From the sequence record NC_031126.1: a stretch of DNA of 64,000 bases. One strand, 5' to 3'. Below the pieces are notes generated by a model. That model had not been told where the DNA came from, made no database searches, and was given only the letters and a program-made list of their open reading frames with translations. A program made the translations under genes and the position numbers. Numbering within the stretch: position 1 is the first letter of the stretch; every line of letters begins with the position of its first letter. Positions 25,585 through 36,849 of the stretch are shown here, in pieces.

Positions 25585-27768
25585 TTACCGCTGTGAACCA
25601 CTGAAAGACGTAAAGATGTTCGCGGCAACACGAGCCGGTGGTAAGTCGAAGAACTTATTCACCAACGCGCCCTGTGAGAACGCAGACTTCCATGACTGGT
25701 ATTGGGAGTTCGCATTCATCGCCATACGGGCGATACCGCTTGTGCGTTCATGCAGTGTTGCTGCACCCAACACAGCCATGAATTCCGAGAACTTGTTATC
25801 ATCATCGAAAACAGACTGGTCGGTGACAATCGGCATATACATCACACGAGACATATCGCGAATGGTTACACTGATATCACAAGACAACGGCACACCATCT
25901 ACACGCCAACCCATCCCACCCACACCGAAGTTAAAGCCCACGTTAGTCACCATGGCATTACGCATAGAGTAACGCCCGCGAGAATATGCTTCGAGATAGA
26001 ATGGGTGTGTAAACGATTGTTTACCGGTTGCCAGTGGACATACCGCCGCTAACCAGAAGGAGAGCGGCAGAATCAAATCCTGGAACACGTCCAGGTCGCC
26101 GCCCGACCAACACCGTAGGGGGATGGTGAATGTAATGTCATCGCCTGAGGTATCAGAGGAATCCCACACTTCCGGGAAATCAATTACCGAGGAGTTGTAC
26201 AGCGACACGATACCAGACAGGTGAAGGAAGTCCAGTGCGCCAGTAAAGGCAGATTTCAGTCCGGTAATCAAACCATCGACCGCATCAAAACCTGTAACAC
26301 CACCAGAAAGGTTAACCTCCAGAGAACGGGCTTTCTGAGTCATGGCGTTAACCGTGCCTGAGATTTCCGGTTCTTTGGTGTTGTTACTAAAGCTACGGGA
26401 CGTGGTGTCACGACCGTTAATCTTCCAGGTAACCCACTGCGACCCATTCTCCAGTTCAGATTTGAACTGTTCACCCACACCCTCACCAATTTTCGAGAAG
26501 TCACCGAACATGGTAGAGAAACTTTCTTTCTGTCCCTCATTCATCCAGTTCTGAATCTTCCCGATATCGCGGGCTGTCGTCTCACCGTTTTCGTCACCGT
26601 TGTTTGCTGCGTCACTTGCCATCTGAGCTTTAACCTGCCGCTCTTGGAGTTCCGCCTCACTGGTGAATGATTTCTCAGTACCCCCGGAAGCATCCGCTGC
26701 AACGAACGCCCCGGTCATTTGGTCAACGGCTGCCGCTTCCATAGTGTCAGGGTCAACCTTGGCTTTATAGCCATCGGCTGTCTTAGCCACGTCTTCCAAA
26801 CGTGATAGTGAGATTTCCATCTGCCCTACGCGCTTCAAATGCACATCACTGTACAGCATCTGCTTGTAGTATTGTTGGATTTTCTGGTTCATCTCAGCTT
26901 CGTTCGCCGAGTCAGCCTGAATCTCTGCAATACGAGCGGCCTGGTAGTTTGCTAACACGTTATAGCGGTTAATCATGCGGTAGACATCAAACTCACCGTT
27001 TGCTTTCCAGATGTCCGGCAACATCCCGTAGACATCTTTCTTGCTTGCGTTGTATTTGTTGTCTTTATCATTGATGTCCTTCGGTAAGTTAAACATTCCG
27101 AGGATACCAGTCGGTACCAGACGACGGTACAGCAGCTGGGTGTTCACGATGTTCTGCACAGCACGTAAGTAAAGGTGCATCGCTGGCTTAACGTAGTAAT
27201 AACGAGAAGCTTCTTTGTTCAGTACCATTTTCATGATACGTGGCGTAATCAGGATAAGAGCAAACGCGGCCGTCCCCACGGTTGCCCAGATAGCAGCAGC
27301 CGCAGTCCAACCTGCTAACTCGCGCACCACGCCCGGATAGTCACCGGTACGTGCCAGATAAGCCAATTTGGAATCATACATGTTCGCAAAGAACGCGGCT
27401 ACCCCGAGGTAGCGTGGTTTACCAAAGCGACAATGCAGATAGAAAGCATTTTGTTCAATGGACTCCCAGTAGTACGCACCTTGTCGATACGACCCTTGTC
27501 CACGGAACGATTCAAACCAACCCGCGTTTTGATCACCACCCGGAGCATTTTCCGGGACAGCGATTGCACCGGTAATCGGTGGGTCAGCAAAGAACGTGAA
27601 TTGCGGTGGCGCATTCAGTGCGATGTTCCCGCCCACGGTGGTATCCGAGAAACTGAGCACCGCATTGGAATACGTACGCAAGTTCACGAAACGGGTATCA
27701 CGCGGAAGTTTCATACCGCCGAACAGGCCGTCAATCCACGTAATATCATTTATCGAACGTGCATCCAC
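25585..27768 (-). CDS. Tail/baseplate structural protein (phiKZ gp182-like)
   Basis: 727 aa directly after the tape measure gene. C-terminal FPEVWDSS...IPLRCWSG...PLSCDISVTIRDM resembles tube-initiator/hub-type folds. Synteny. Confidence 0.6.
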   Translation of the reverse strand: MDARSINDITWIDGLFGGMKLPRDTRFVNLRTYSNAVLSFSDTTVGGNIALNAPPQFTFFADPPITGAIAVPENAPGGDQNAGWFESFRGQGSYRQGAYYWESIEQNAFYLHCRFGKPRYLGVAAFFANMYDSKLAYLARTGDYPGVVRELAGWTAAAAIWATVGTAAFALILITPRIMKMVLNKEASRYYYVKPAMHLYLRAVQNIVNTQLLYRRLVPTGILGMFNLPKDINDKDNKYNASKKDVYGMLPDIWKANGEFDVYRMINRYNVLANYQAARIAEIQADSANEAEMNQKIQQYYKQMLYSDVHLKRVGQMEISLSRLEDVAKTADGYKAKVDPDTMEAAAVDQMTGAFVAADASGGTEKSFTSEAELQERQVKAQMASDAANNGDENGETTARDIGKIQNWMNEGQKESFSTMFGDFSKIGEGVGEQFKSELENGSQWVTWKINGRDTTSRSFSNNTKEPEISGTVNAMTQKARSLEVNLSGGVTGFDAVDGLITGLKSAFTGALDFLHLSGIVSLYNSSVIDFPEVWDSSDTSGDDITFTIPLRCWSGGDLDVFQDLILPLSFWLAAVCPLATGKQSFTHPFYLEAYSRGRYSMRNAMVTNVGFNFGVGGMGWRVDGVPLSCDISVTIRDMSRVMYMPIVTDQSVFDDDNKFSEFMAVLGAATLHERTSGIARMAMNANSQYQSWKSAFSQGALVNKFFDLPPARVAANIFTSFSGSQR

Positions 27769-27783
27769 AGTAACCTCACTTGT

Positions 27784-27810
27784 AAAGAAGAGGGGGAGTT
27801 GCCTCCCCCT
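27784..27810 (-). terminator. Terminator after the tape measure gene
   Basis: AGGGGGAG-loop-CTCCCCCT with CTTCTTT downstream on the minus strand. Confidence 0.65.
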
Positions 27811-27814
27811 TTAG

Positions 27815-30800
27815 TTAACTAGCCTTGCGAGACACATCAAGGCTAGGGGTTGGTTGGGTGTACGACCCAGCAGGTTGCTGTTTGGCAGGTGGTGTCTGAT
27901 TACCACCACCCGGTTGGAGACTACCGCCATTTTTCATCATGTCACGCATCTCAGTAAGCAGAGTACGCATGTCTTTCTGAACGGCCAGTTGTTGTTCCCC
28001 AACAGTGCCGGTACCGAGACCACCGCCTGCGGCAGAAACGTCAGATGTAGGAGCAGGAGCACCCTGTGCAGATTTCGCTGCCTGAGCACGCTGTTCCGCC
28101 GCAGCACGTACCTTCGCTGCGTCTGCGTCAGATAGTCCATCGGCTTTCGCCTGACCTTCTACCGTGTCGCCTACATTACTCACGTCCCCGCCACCGGCAG
28201 CGCCGCCTCCGCCAGGCACACTACCACCGCCAGCACCTGCAAGGGCATCGTCTGCCCCCATGGTACCTTTCGTCGCTAAAGCTTCATCACGACGGGCTGC
28301 GTTGTCTGCTGGCAGGTCATTTGCAGCACCCGCTGCCCCACCGATAGATGGGTCGTTCGCTGCTGCACCGGCGTTGACCGCAGGGCTGGACGATTGTGGA
28401 CTGAGTCCACCCGTCAACTCCTTGGTCAGTTTCGGATCGGCATTCATGGAGTTAGCTGTCACGCTACCCATACGCCCGTTCAACTCCTGCATGACTTCAT
28501 TCAGCGTACGCATCTTACCGGTTCTGGTGAAGAAGACGTTCTTGTTGCCCGCAAGCACTTTACGAGTAACAGAGGCTGCTGCTGTTGCTGGAGCATTCGG
28601 GTTTTTCTGCCAGGCTTGTAAGAACTGGCGTCCACCGCCTGCGCCCAAGAAGTGGTACAGGTAAGCCACCGCTGGAGGTGGTGCCTTCCCGCCCAAGTCT
28701 CGTTGTGCTGACTTAATGTTATCTCGAATGAACTGCAATCCAAGAATCGCATTGGCGTGTGGATCGAACTGACCTCGACCGGCTGACAACGTTCCAGGGA
28801 TACCGAAGTTGTTAGCGTATTTACCCATCATGCCGTCCCATGTTCCGTTGACAAACTGGAACAGACCGGCTGCGGACGCATACGGGTTCTTTGCCTTGTA
28901 GTTGAACTTGGATTCAGCATACGCCATTCCCAAGGCCACACCCGGCGGAACCCCCATCGAGTTTGCCACATCAATAATCATCTTCTTCACGTTTTCGGTG
29001 TTGTTGAGACTACTGATAGGATATTTCTCTGCCAGTTCCTTGTAGTTACCTTCGGCAACATCGCCAAGATTGATAGCTACGTTACCGGTGGACAGCTGAG
29101 CGTATTTAGACACCCCACCAACCGCGTTGACGTTATCCGCAATGTCGTTTGGAATCCCGGTAAAACCACTACCGCCAAAGCCATTCGCGTTATTCATCTT
29201 CGCTTGTTCTTCCGCCGTATACGTCTGACGTTCTGCACTGTCCTTAGTTTCGTAAATGTGGGTACGTGGGTCTTTTTTCTGCCATTGGGCAATTTTCTTG
29301 TTATCCGCTTTCTTCTCATTGAGTAGATTGCGGATGTTCAAGTCAGCTTGCTTAGACAGTTCTTTCAGCGTGATGAGTTCCTTCTCGACCGAGTTAGGGT
29401 CGGTGTTCGCGCCGTCTTCAGACCAAGGTACCAACGCCACTTCCCACACGGACTGACGAATACCGGCACGCATGTTGTAAGCACGCGAAGTCAGCAAGCC
29501 AAGTTCGTACAGGTAGCCACCGGTCATCTTCACATTGAGAGGGTCACCGGCAGGGTCGTAGCGTTTAAAGCCACACACGTAGAACATAAACGTCGGCAGG
29601 AAGCGGTTAACAAACCAGTGGTGTACGGAATCCCCACGAGGGGTCTGCCACACTTGAGGCGCAACGATATCCGTTGCCTCTGTCCACTTACCGTTATACG
29701 AGCCGGTTTTGGTGTTGATAAATGGCAAGACGAATCTCTCCATCTCTTTCAGCATTGCCACATAGCCCGAATCCAGATTCTTCAACCCGTAGGTCTTCAT
29801 CCTAACGGACTCCAGCGCATCGACATCACGCTGGTTCAACGTACCCAAGGCATCGACCTGAATCGTGATGGATTCAGTCCCGTCTTCCCAACCTTCCTTC
29901 TTCACATAGTTTTTCTGCGTATCGGCATCCATGGTGTTCAGAGCTTTGAAGGCATCTTGCACCCCCGCAGACTCTTGACCTTTAGCCAACAAAGTACGCA
30001 TCTTACGGTTCTTCTTGTCGTCCATGCGTTTGTTGATTTCACGCAAGGTATCTTCCTGTACTTCCATTACTTCGGAAGCATCGAGGAATTGTGGGGACGT
30101 GAAGGTGACCGTATCCCAAGCTTTAGACCAGAAGCCCTGGTTGACCTTACGTGGGTCTTCCAGTGAACGCAACTGCACCGCGTCTTTAGTAAGGACGGTT
30201 TTTGCATGGATGGCAAGCATCTCCGCTTTCGTTACCTTCTGCGGGTCGCCTACCTCGGACAATTGAATGTCCCTGTCCATCGCTTTTAGCGTGGTCAGCC
30301 AACGCAAATAAACCGGGATGAAGCGTTGGAGCATATGGGCTTGGAAGGCCAACATCTCCCCTTTATCTTCGACGTTGAGGCCGTAGCCCTCCGCCAAGGT
30401 CTGAACCTCTTTCCCACCTAAGCCACGGCAGCTGGCTTGTCCTTCACCGTTGAACGCAACGAATTGTTTCAGGTTGTCTTCCAGATAACGTACTTTTGCA
30501 CCGTCCTCACTTGACCACTTGTCGTAATCACGATAACCGTACTGCGCGATACGCATCGTGTCGAGATACGAGGTGTACGTTGATGTCGCAATACGGTACG
30601 CGGCAATCCCCAGACCAACAGTAGCACCAACCAACAAGGTGACCGGCCAGCCCAGTGTGGCTACTACCGAGGCCGCTGCTGTGGCGACAGGGGCGATAAG
30701 CGAACGGGCTACAAACGGTAACGCTCGCGTGACCGCAAACTTACCAAGACCCCACGCGCCTTGCGCCAACAGTTTACCTGGTTTGAAAATGCCCCATTTC

Positions 30801-33800
30801 GCAACGGTGCCCAGGATACTACCGACGCTGCCCAACACAGACACCAGTGGGCCAATCAATGGCAAGGACTTGAAGAAGTCCATAATCCCTTTACCCTTGC
30901 CTTTACCGCCACCGGTGGAGCCTGCGGCCGCACCATCGTCGTGCTCACCACGACGTCGACGGAACCACTGGAAGTAGTCGCGTTTCTCACCACCGCTATT
31001 GAATTTCACACGACGTGAGAACTTACTCATCATCCCCCGCACGAAACCTTCGTTCGCCCCGTTGTTTTCCAACGAGGAACGCATCGTGTTAAACCAGGTG
31101 ACTTCTTGCAGATCAACCATCTTGTTCAGACGATCGAGTACGCGGGCACCGACAGATTGAACTTTCTTACGCCCGGTGTTAATGACATTACCGGCTGCGT
31201 CCTTTGCATCTTCCACGTCGTCCATTACTGCTGAACGCACCTTGGTTTTAGAGATACCACCCCGGCGATGCAAACGGTCACGATAGAATGCTGCTACGTC
31301 GTCGTCACGACCCAACAGATGCTTCTCGATTTCGTAACGCGTACCGATGTCGTGCTCTGCACCACGGAAAGAATCCAAAACGTTATTTGCTCGACCACCC
31401 AAGCGGCCGAACCAGCCCTTCAATGCATCGCGCTTTCCGCCTAACCAACTCCGACCAGAATCGATACGACCGCCGAAGCGGTTACGGAAACGACGTTTCA
31501 ACAACCGACCAGCAACCTTCCCTTTACGCATAGCGCGTTCAAGAGATTTCGAACCACCTGTCCCCTTCTCCATCTCTTCTGTCCAAGAATCGTCTTCCGG
31601 TTCCCCGGCAAGTCTTTGGTTCAAAAGTTTGTAGATGCGAATCAAGATATGGTTCGTTTTGCGGCCACTGGACATTCCCCCAAACAGTGTGTTACCACTG
31701 AACCAGCTTCCACCCTTACCGCCGCCTTTAAACCAGTTAGCGACCGGGTTATTGAGTGCCATGTTCTTCAAGCTCGAACCGGCCGCACGTAAACGTCCAG
31801 GAATACCCATGATCAGGTCGCGACCCCAACCAGCAATACGTCCTATACGTCCTACAATGCGCCCTAACGGGCTCTTGACTTCACGGCCCCACTTGTCTAC
31901 CAGTTTGAACTCGGGGTTCTGTAGCTCGCTTGCAGAGATGACATTGTTGCCATTGATATCATCGATTGGACCGGTAATGTCCTCGACTTTATACACTGGC
32001 TGTTTAGATGCCACGTTAATGTAGTGCCCTTGCCGCATCAGATTGGCGTACAGGCGAGGTTGCGTGTCACCTTTAACGTAAATGTCAGGGACGTTGGTGA
32101 ACCACTCCCGTGCGGATTTAAACCGTGGGGCGATTTTGTCAAGTATACGTTTCGGTGCACCCAGTACCTTATTACCGAACTCACCGCCTTTACGGGCGAT
32201 GGCTTGGAACAGACTCTGAATCTTACCACCTTTATAGTAGCTCAACTTACCGGCTGAGGCTAAGTCAGCCGCAGACAGGATGATGTTCCCTTCTGAGTCG
32301 ACGATATCACGACCGAGACGAATGTCATCCAACGTCTTCAACTGAACAGGTCTACCGCCTTGTCCGTTAGAGGACATCTGGTAATATTCCCCGGCTTCCA
32401 GTTTACTGCCCTGGAGGACGACTTTACCTTGTTCGTTGAAGATGTCTTTAATACCGAGTAACCCTTGGCCAAACGCCAAAGCAGAGTTAAAGGCACCACC
32501 AACCCCACCGGTCACCAAACCTTTCATACGTTCGAACACGCTTGGCCCAGTGGAAGGACCACCGAACTTACCACGTACCCAACCGCCGAATTTCCCTAAG
32601 CGATCTTTCGCACCGAGGACACCACGCTTACCGAGGTTGAATGCACCCCCGGCAGTATCGGCCAGAATACCACCCCAACGACGCAACAGGCCGGTTTCAC
32701 CCAGCACGATACGACGACGGCGTGGGCCTGCACCTGGACGTGGTGGTCCCATCTCATCAGTACCGCCTTCCCCACCACCCTCGCCACCGGCGAGAGATGC
32801 GAGCAAGACACCCTGCTCATCCATTGACTTCACATGACTCAGGATTTTCTCCTGGATGGTGGTCAGGGAGTTCAGGTTAATACCACGGACGGCCTCAACG
32901 ATGCGATCGGTCTCAGTACCATCGTTACTGTTCGTGCCTTTCAGCAGGTCAACAAAGTTGGTTTCTGTTTCGCCGTAAAGCACACGAGCCAGTTGGACTG
33001 GGGACATGCCTTTACCGCGACCTTTGCCGCCACCACCACCGCCTTTTGGCCCACCCCCTAAAGGACTGCCTTCCGCTAACGGGTCATCGAAGTCACCACC
33101 GTTGTTAAATTTACGGCGCAGTAAGTCAGCCAGGGCTGAGTTACCTTTTAGCTTCTTCTGAATTTCCTGGTCAAGCGTCAGCGATTTACCGCTACGGGTT
33201 TTGCCCATGCGTGTATCGTTAAACAACGTGAATGGATCGGCGAAGTCTTTGTCGATATCGAACGTGTCATTCTTTTTATCGTAGCGGAAGATACCTGCAT
33301 CGCGTAGTGCACGTTCACCATAAATGGCGGCAGCTTCATCAATGCTTTTCTGGTACCCTTTAACAGACGTACGCGCATTGGAGAACTTCCCTTCCAATTC
33401 GTTAGATAACTCGTACGTCCCGCCTTTCATTCCTGTCGATTTTTCTCTCAACAAATCAACCACACGGTCAGCCGTACCGGACGGCATGTAACGCATTAAG
33501 TGGTTGCTGTCTTTGAGAATGCTTTCGACATTCATGGAGCGACCGAGAGAGACGCGGCTTTCTAAATAGTTAGCCAGACCTTGGCGGTCTTTCTCACTCA
33601 GGGTCTTTTTGTCATCCAGGTAGTTAACGATTTCCCAGATGTTCTCCTGTTGACGAACTCGACCCTTGTCATCTGCCACACCCTTACGGATACGGTCAGA
33701 CAACTGACGACGTGAAGTAAACCCACGCGTTGTGATGTCGTATTCTTGGTCGGCGTGTTCGCCGTAGCCACGCCGGATAGATTTGTTAATCTCGGATAAC

Positions 33801-35185
33801 CAAGCCGGGATAACTTCTACCAACGCCAAATGTGCACGTCGGTCGAATTTGGCTACCCGGTTTAAGGCTTCACCATCACGGGCATCCAGGAATCCCTTTT
33901 CACGTCCCATCGGGTTAATGATCCCGAAGTCACGCCCCATGCGAAACACGTTAGCCGCTGTGCCGTCTTCTTCTCCGGCTAGGGATGAGTTCGAGATTGT
34001 GCCTTGCGTCCAACCACGGGCTTTAAATTGCGCCTGGTGGAGCTTTGACATGTACTCGGGTCTATCTTCTAACCACTGCTTGGTTTTTCCCTGCACTTTG
34101 GCAAGTTGAGGCCCAATCAGTTTCTTGGTTAAGAAACTGGTTAACCAACCCACCCCTTTATCACGGCTGTTCTTTTTACGGTTGTCTGGCGACAGGCTGG
34201 AATCATCTTCCATCCCGAAGTCATCCTCGACCGCGTTCCCCATGAGCATCTCAATTGCCATTCGGCCGTCGCCAAATGCTTGTGAGATTTTCTTGGTCAT
34301 GTTATCGCGGACGTTGTTCATGAACTCTTCGCCGTAACGAAGTGGGTTCATCCATTCAGCCGCTTTACGTTTAATGTTCGCCCAGTGAATTTCCGAGAAT
34401 TCTTCTTTCGCGTAATCTGGCAAAGCGGTGTTCTTCACAATCGCTTCAAGTGCAGGGGTATTACGATCGAACTCGGTTTGTTTCAGCTTAGCAATATCTT
34501 GCAAGGCGAACAACGTACGGTATTGCAGTTCGAGCTTCTTACGCTCGATGTTTAAGAACACGCCTTTGGAAAGACCGGTTTGCATGTGAACGTCACGGGC
34601 GATGCCCAGGACGGTGTTCATTAGTGCATCGGATTTCATTTCCCGGACAGCATCACGCAGACGATCTTCGGTGGCAGATTCCCGCGCTTCGGTTTGTTGC
34701 TCTTGGGTCATTTGTTGACCCGCACCGAAGACTTCACCCATCATCCGGTCAAGACCGGCTTGTTGTGGATCGTACTGTGCGTACTCAGTTTCCTGTCCTG
34801 AGCGTGCCCATTTGTTGATTCGGTTTGTCAGGCTATCGGGCAGATAGCGTTTCAGCGTTGGGCCCAATTGACGAGCCTGTTGCTTGACCAGACGCTCAGT
34901 CTTGATGATCTCGTCTTTGGTATGAGCGTACACGTCTTTTGCCACACCCTTCGCGTCCTGATAGCCCTTGTAGGCTTCGCTCGCAGGTTGTGGCATACCT
35001 TTTAAAATGACCTGGTCTCGCTTCCCACGCGGCCATATGGTCGCCAGAGCAGATTTGCGTACCTGCTTCGCTGTGTCGAGGATAGGGTTGCGTGATTTAC
35101 CGTTGTTCTGGCGGGGCGGTTCGTCGAAATCATCCCAATCGACATCATCAAAACCGATATCGTCGAAATCGTCTTTTTTTGCCAT
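27815..35185 (-). CDS. Tape measure protein with C-terminal lytic transglycosylase (phiKZ gp181-like)
   Basis: ~2456 aa, hydrophobic stretches near residues 1450-1550, SLT motifs AYAESKFN, SAAGLFQF and YLYHFLG. Start set at MAKKDD. Confidence 0.88.
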   Translation of the reverse strand: MAKKDDFDDIGFDDVDWDDFDEPPRQNNGKSRNPILDTAKQVRKSALATIWPRGKRDQVILKGMPQPASEAYKGYQDAKGVAKDVYAHTKDEIIKTERLVKQQARQLGPTLKRYLPDSLTNRINKWARSGQETEYAQYDPQQAGLDRMMGEVFGAGQQMTQEQQTEARESATEDRLRDAVREMKSDALMNTVLGIARDVHMQTGLSKGVFLNIERKKLELQYRTLFALQDIAKLKQTEFDRNTPALEAIVKNTALPDYAKEEFSEIHWANIKRKAAEWMNPLRYGEEFMNNVRDNMTKKISQAFGDGRMAIEMLMGNAVEDDFGMEDDSSLSPDNRKKNSRDKGVGWLTSFLTKKLIGPQLAKVQGKTKQWLEDRPEYMSKLHQAQFKARGWTQGTISNSSLAGEEDGTAANVFRMGRDFGIINPMGREKGFLDARDGEALNRVAKFDRRAHLALVEVIPAWLSEINKSIRRGYGEHADQEYDITTRGFTSRRQLSDRIRKGVADDKGRVRQQENIWEIVNYLDDKKTLSEKDRQGLANYLESRVSLGRSMNVESILKDSNHLMRYMPSGTADRVVDLLREKSTGMKGGTYELSNELEGKFSNARTSVKGYQKSIDEAAAIYGERALRDAGIFRYDKKNDTFDIDKDFADPFTLFNDTRMGKTRSGKSLTLDQEIQKKLKGNSALADLLRRKFNNGGDFDDPLAEGSPLGGGPKGGGGGGKGRGKGMSPVQLARVLYGETETNFVDLLKGTNSNDGTETDRIVEAVRGINLNSLTTIQEKILSHVKSMDEQGVLLASLAGGEGGGEGGTDEMGPPRPGAGPRRRRIVLGETGLLRRWGGILADTAGGAFNLGKRGVLGAKDRLGKFGGWVRGKFGGPSTGPSVFERMKGLVTGGVGGAFNSALAFGQGLLGIKDIFNEQGKVVLQGSKLEAGEYYQMSSNGQGGRPVQLKTLDDIRLGRDIVDSEGNIILSAADLASAGKLSYYKGGKIQSLFQAIARKGGEFGNKVLGAPKRILDKIAPRFKSAREWFTNVPDIYVKGDTQPRLYANLMRQGHYINVASKQPVYKVEDITGPIDDINGNNVISASELQNPEFKLVDKWGREVKSPLGRIVGRIGRIAGWGRDLIMGIPGRLRAAGSSLKNMALNNPVANWFKGGGKGGSWFSGNTLFGGMSSGRKTNHILIRIYKLLNQRLAGEPEDDSWTEEMEKGTGGSKSLERAMRKGKVAGRLLKRRFRNRFGGRIDSGRSWLGGKRDALKGWFGRLGGRANNVLDSFRGAEHDIGTRYEIEKHLLGRDDDVAAFYRDRLHRRGGISKTKVRSAVMDDVEDAKDAAGNVINTGRKKVQSVGARVLDRLNKMVDLQEVTWFNTMRSSLENNGANEGFVRGMMSKFSRRVKFNSGGEKRDYFQWFRRRRGEHDDGAAAGSTGGGKGKGKGIMDFFKSLPLIGPLVSVLGSVGSILGTVAKWGIFKPGKLLAQGAWGLGKFAVTRALPFVARSLIAPVATAAASVVATLGWPVTLLVGATVGLGIAAYRIATSTYTSYLDTMRIAQYGYRDYDKWSSEDGAKVRYLEDNLKQFVAFNGEGQASCRGLGGKEVQTLAEGYGLNVEDKGEMLAFQAHMLQRFIPVYLRWLTTLKAMDRDIQLSEVGDPQKVTKAEMLAIHAKTVLTKDAVQLRSLEDPRKVNQGFWSKAWDTVTFTSPQFLDASEVMEVQEDTLREINKRMDDKKNRKMRTLLAKGQESAGVQDAFKALNTMDADTQKNYVKKEGWEDGTESITIQVDALGTLNQRDVDALESVRMKTYGLKNLDSGYVAMLKEMERFVLPFINTKTGSYNGKWTEATDIVAPQVWQTPRGDSVHHWFVNRFLPTFMFYVCGFKRYDPAGDPLNVKMTGGYLYELGLLTSRAYNMRAGIRQSVWEVALVPWSEDGANTDPNSVEKELITLKELSKQADLNIRNLLNEKKADNKKIAQWQKKDPRTHIYETKDSAERQTYTAEEQAKMNNANGFGGSGFTGIPNDIADNVNAVGGVSKYAQLSTGNVAINLGDVAEGNYKELAEKYPISSLNNTENVKKMIIDVANSMGVPPGVALGMAYAESKFNYKAKNPYASAAGLFQFVNGTWDGMMGKYANNFGIPGTLSAGRGQFDPHANAILGLQFIRDNIKSAQRDLGGKAPPPAVAYLYHFLGAGGGRQFLQAWQKNPNAPATAAASVTRKVLAGNKNVFFTRTGKMRTLNEVMQELNGRMGSVTANSMNADPKLTKELTGGLSPQSSSPAVNAGAAANDPSIGGAAGAANDLPADNAARRDEALATKGTMGADDALAGAGGGSVPGGGGAAGGGDVSNVGDTVEGQAKADGLSDADAAKVRAAAEQRAQAAKSAQGAPAPTSDVSAAGGGLGTGTVGEQQLAVQKDMRTLLTEMRDMMKNGGSLQPGGGNQTPPAKQQPAGSYTQPTPSLDVSRKAS

Positions 35186-35214
35186 TTTCATTACTTCCAA
35201 TTCAGGAGCTTAAC

Positions 35215-36828
35215 GTGAAGAAGCTAAACTGGGTTGACATTTACCTGTTAAACGTCAACAAGTCCCTGGTGTCACAATTGAAGCCTGTGACTACGACCGA
35301 CACCTTCCAGGGCATGACGAAAAACTTTCACCCGGAAGGTCTTTATTCAACCGAAATATTCGGCTTAACAGGTAGCGAAGAGCGTGACGCTACATTCGCG
35401 TACATTGATGTAAAACTTGACATCATTTCTCCTACTGTCTGTTTAGGGCTGTTTGGTTTAAAACAACTCTACGAGGAAGTCTGTGCCGGTAAACGGTTTG
35501 CGGTATGGGGAGAAAAAGAAAAAGACTTCCTGCCAGCGCTGCCCGGTGATAAAGGTGCAGACACCGGCATGAACTTCTTCTTGCGTCACTATAAGGAGTT
35601 AGCGCCTGCGCGCAATGACTCTATGCGACGCGATGACTCTCTCGACTTCTTCTACAAATTCCGTGACGTGAGCGTAAACCGCCATGTCTTAGTTTTGCCC
35701 GCAGGTCTGCGTGACCTGATTGTGCGAGACGACGGTCGTGACCAGGAAGAAGAAATCGGTGGTATGTACCGCCGCCTCATCTCATTAGCTCGTGCTGTCC
35801 CAGACCGCAATATTCAAACGGAACTGACTGACCCACTACGTTGGAAACTTCAACAAGCGTACAACGACATCTGGATGTACTTCTTTAACATCCTCGATGG
35901 TAAGGGCGGCTTTACCCGCCGTAAAGTGACTTCCCGTAAGTTAATGAACGGCACACGTAACGTGTTGTCTTCGTTCTCAACCGGTTCGAAAGTCATGGGT
36001 CGTGAAGACCAGGTGCGGGCGACCGACACGCGTGTCGGTTTGTTCCAAGGGTTGAAGTCACTGTTGCCGGTGGCGCAGTATAACATTCGCGAACGTTATC
36101 TGAGCAATATCCGAGCAGGTGACGGGAACCTTTACGGTATCAACACCAAAACCCTGCGAAGGGAACTCCTCGAAGTCCGTGGGAAGGTTTATGACCTGTA
36201 CACCACCGACGACGGGATAGAGAAGTTGATTAACCGTCTGGAAGCTCGCGAACTGCGCCATGCTCCACTGATGATTGACAAAGACCACTACGTGGCCCTG
36301 ATCTATCAGGACGCCAAACACTTTAAGGTGTTCTTTGACATTGAGGATTTGCCTGCGAAGTTTGACCGTAAAAACGTTCGTGGTATTTCTCTCGGCGAGT
36401 TGTTGTACCTATCCGGGTATGACCTCTGGAATAATTACTTCATGTTCGTCACGCGTTACCCAATTATCGGGCGCGGTTCGACGTACTCCTCGACCATAAG
36501 ATTGGAGACCACGGTCTCTTCCTTGTATCTCCATGAGTTGGAAGATGACTGGGAAACCACGAAGAAGAAGGGGGCTGTTAGCTTCCCGGATCGCAATGTT
36601 CCGACGTGGGTTGAATCTATGGCACCGCACCCTTCGCGATTGAAAGGGTTGAACGGTGACTACGACGGCGATACCGGTTCCGGTAACGTTCCGTTCTCGC
36701 AGGAAGCAATGGAAGAAAACCAGCGCTGGGTGAATTCCAAGAACTACTGGTTCACAACTAACGGCAAGTTTAAAGTAGCCCCCGTTAACGACGTTATTGA
36801 GCGTGCGATCAACTCGCTGCTCCAGTAG
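35215..36828 (+). CDS. Virion RNA polymerase beta' subunit, N-terminal piece (phiKZ gp180-like)
   Basis: Catalytic NGDYDGD (NADFDGD variant), HPEGLYSTEIFG, GFTRRKVTSRKLMNGTR. AGGAG RBS with GTG at 35215. Confidence 0.9.
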   Translation: MKKLNWVDIYLLNVNKSLVSQLKPVTTTDTFQGMTKNFHPEGLYSTEIFGLTGSEERDATFAYIDVKLDIISPTVCLGLFGLKQLYEEVCAGKRFAVWGEKEKDFLPALPGDKGADTGMNFFLRHYKELAPARNDSMRRDDSLDFFYKFRDVSVNRHVLVLPAGLRDLIVRDDGRDQEEEIGGMYRRLISLARAVPDRNIQTELTDPLRWKLQQAYNDIWMYFFNILDGKGGFTRRKVTSRKLMNGTRNVLSSFSTGSKVMGREDQVRATDTRVGLFQGLKSLLPVAQYNIRERYLSNIRAGDGNLYGINTKTLRRELLEVRGKVYDLYTTDDGIEKLINRLEARELRHAPLMIDKDHYVALIYQDAKHFKVFFDIEDLPAKFDRKNVRGISLGELLYLSGYDLWNNYFMFVTRYPIIGRGSTYSSTIRLETTVSSLYLHELEDDWETTKKKGAVSFPDRNVPTWVESMAPHPSRLKGLNGDYDGDTGSGNVPFSQEAMEENQRWVNSKNYWFTTNGKFKVAPVNDVIERAINSLLQ

Positions 36829-36849
36829 CGCGAGTAATTAAGGACCATC

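Noticed and set aside
29348-30166. 272-aa ORF antisense to the tape measure gene, and the many similar short antisense ORFs in the track
   Set aside because: Fully nested opposite well-supported genes, without RBS or recognisable motifs.
27815-33070. Gly-rich GGGKGKG and Ala/Gly segments in TMP as a repeat element
   Set aside because: Ordinary low-complexity linkers, not regular DNA repeats.
35092-35214. N-terminal extension of the beta' ORF as given in the track
   Set aside because: It overlaps the TMP start on the other strand. AGGAG plus GTG at 35215 gives a better start.
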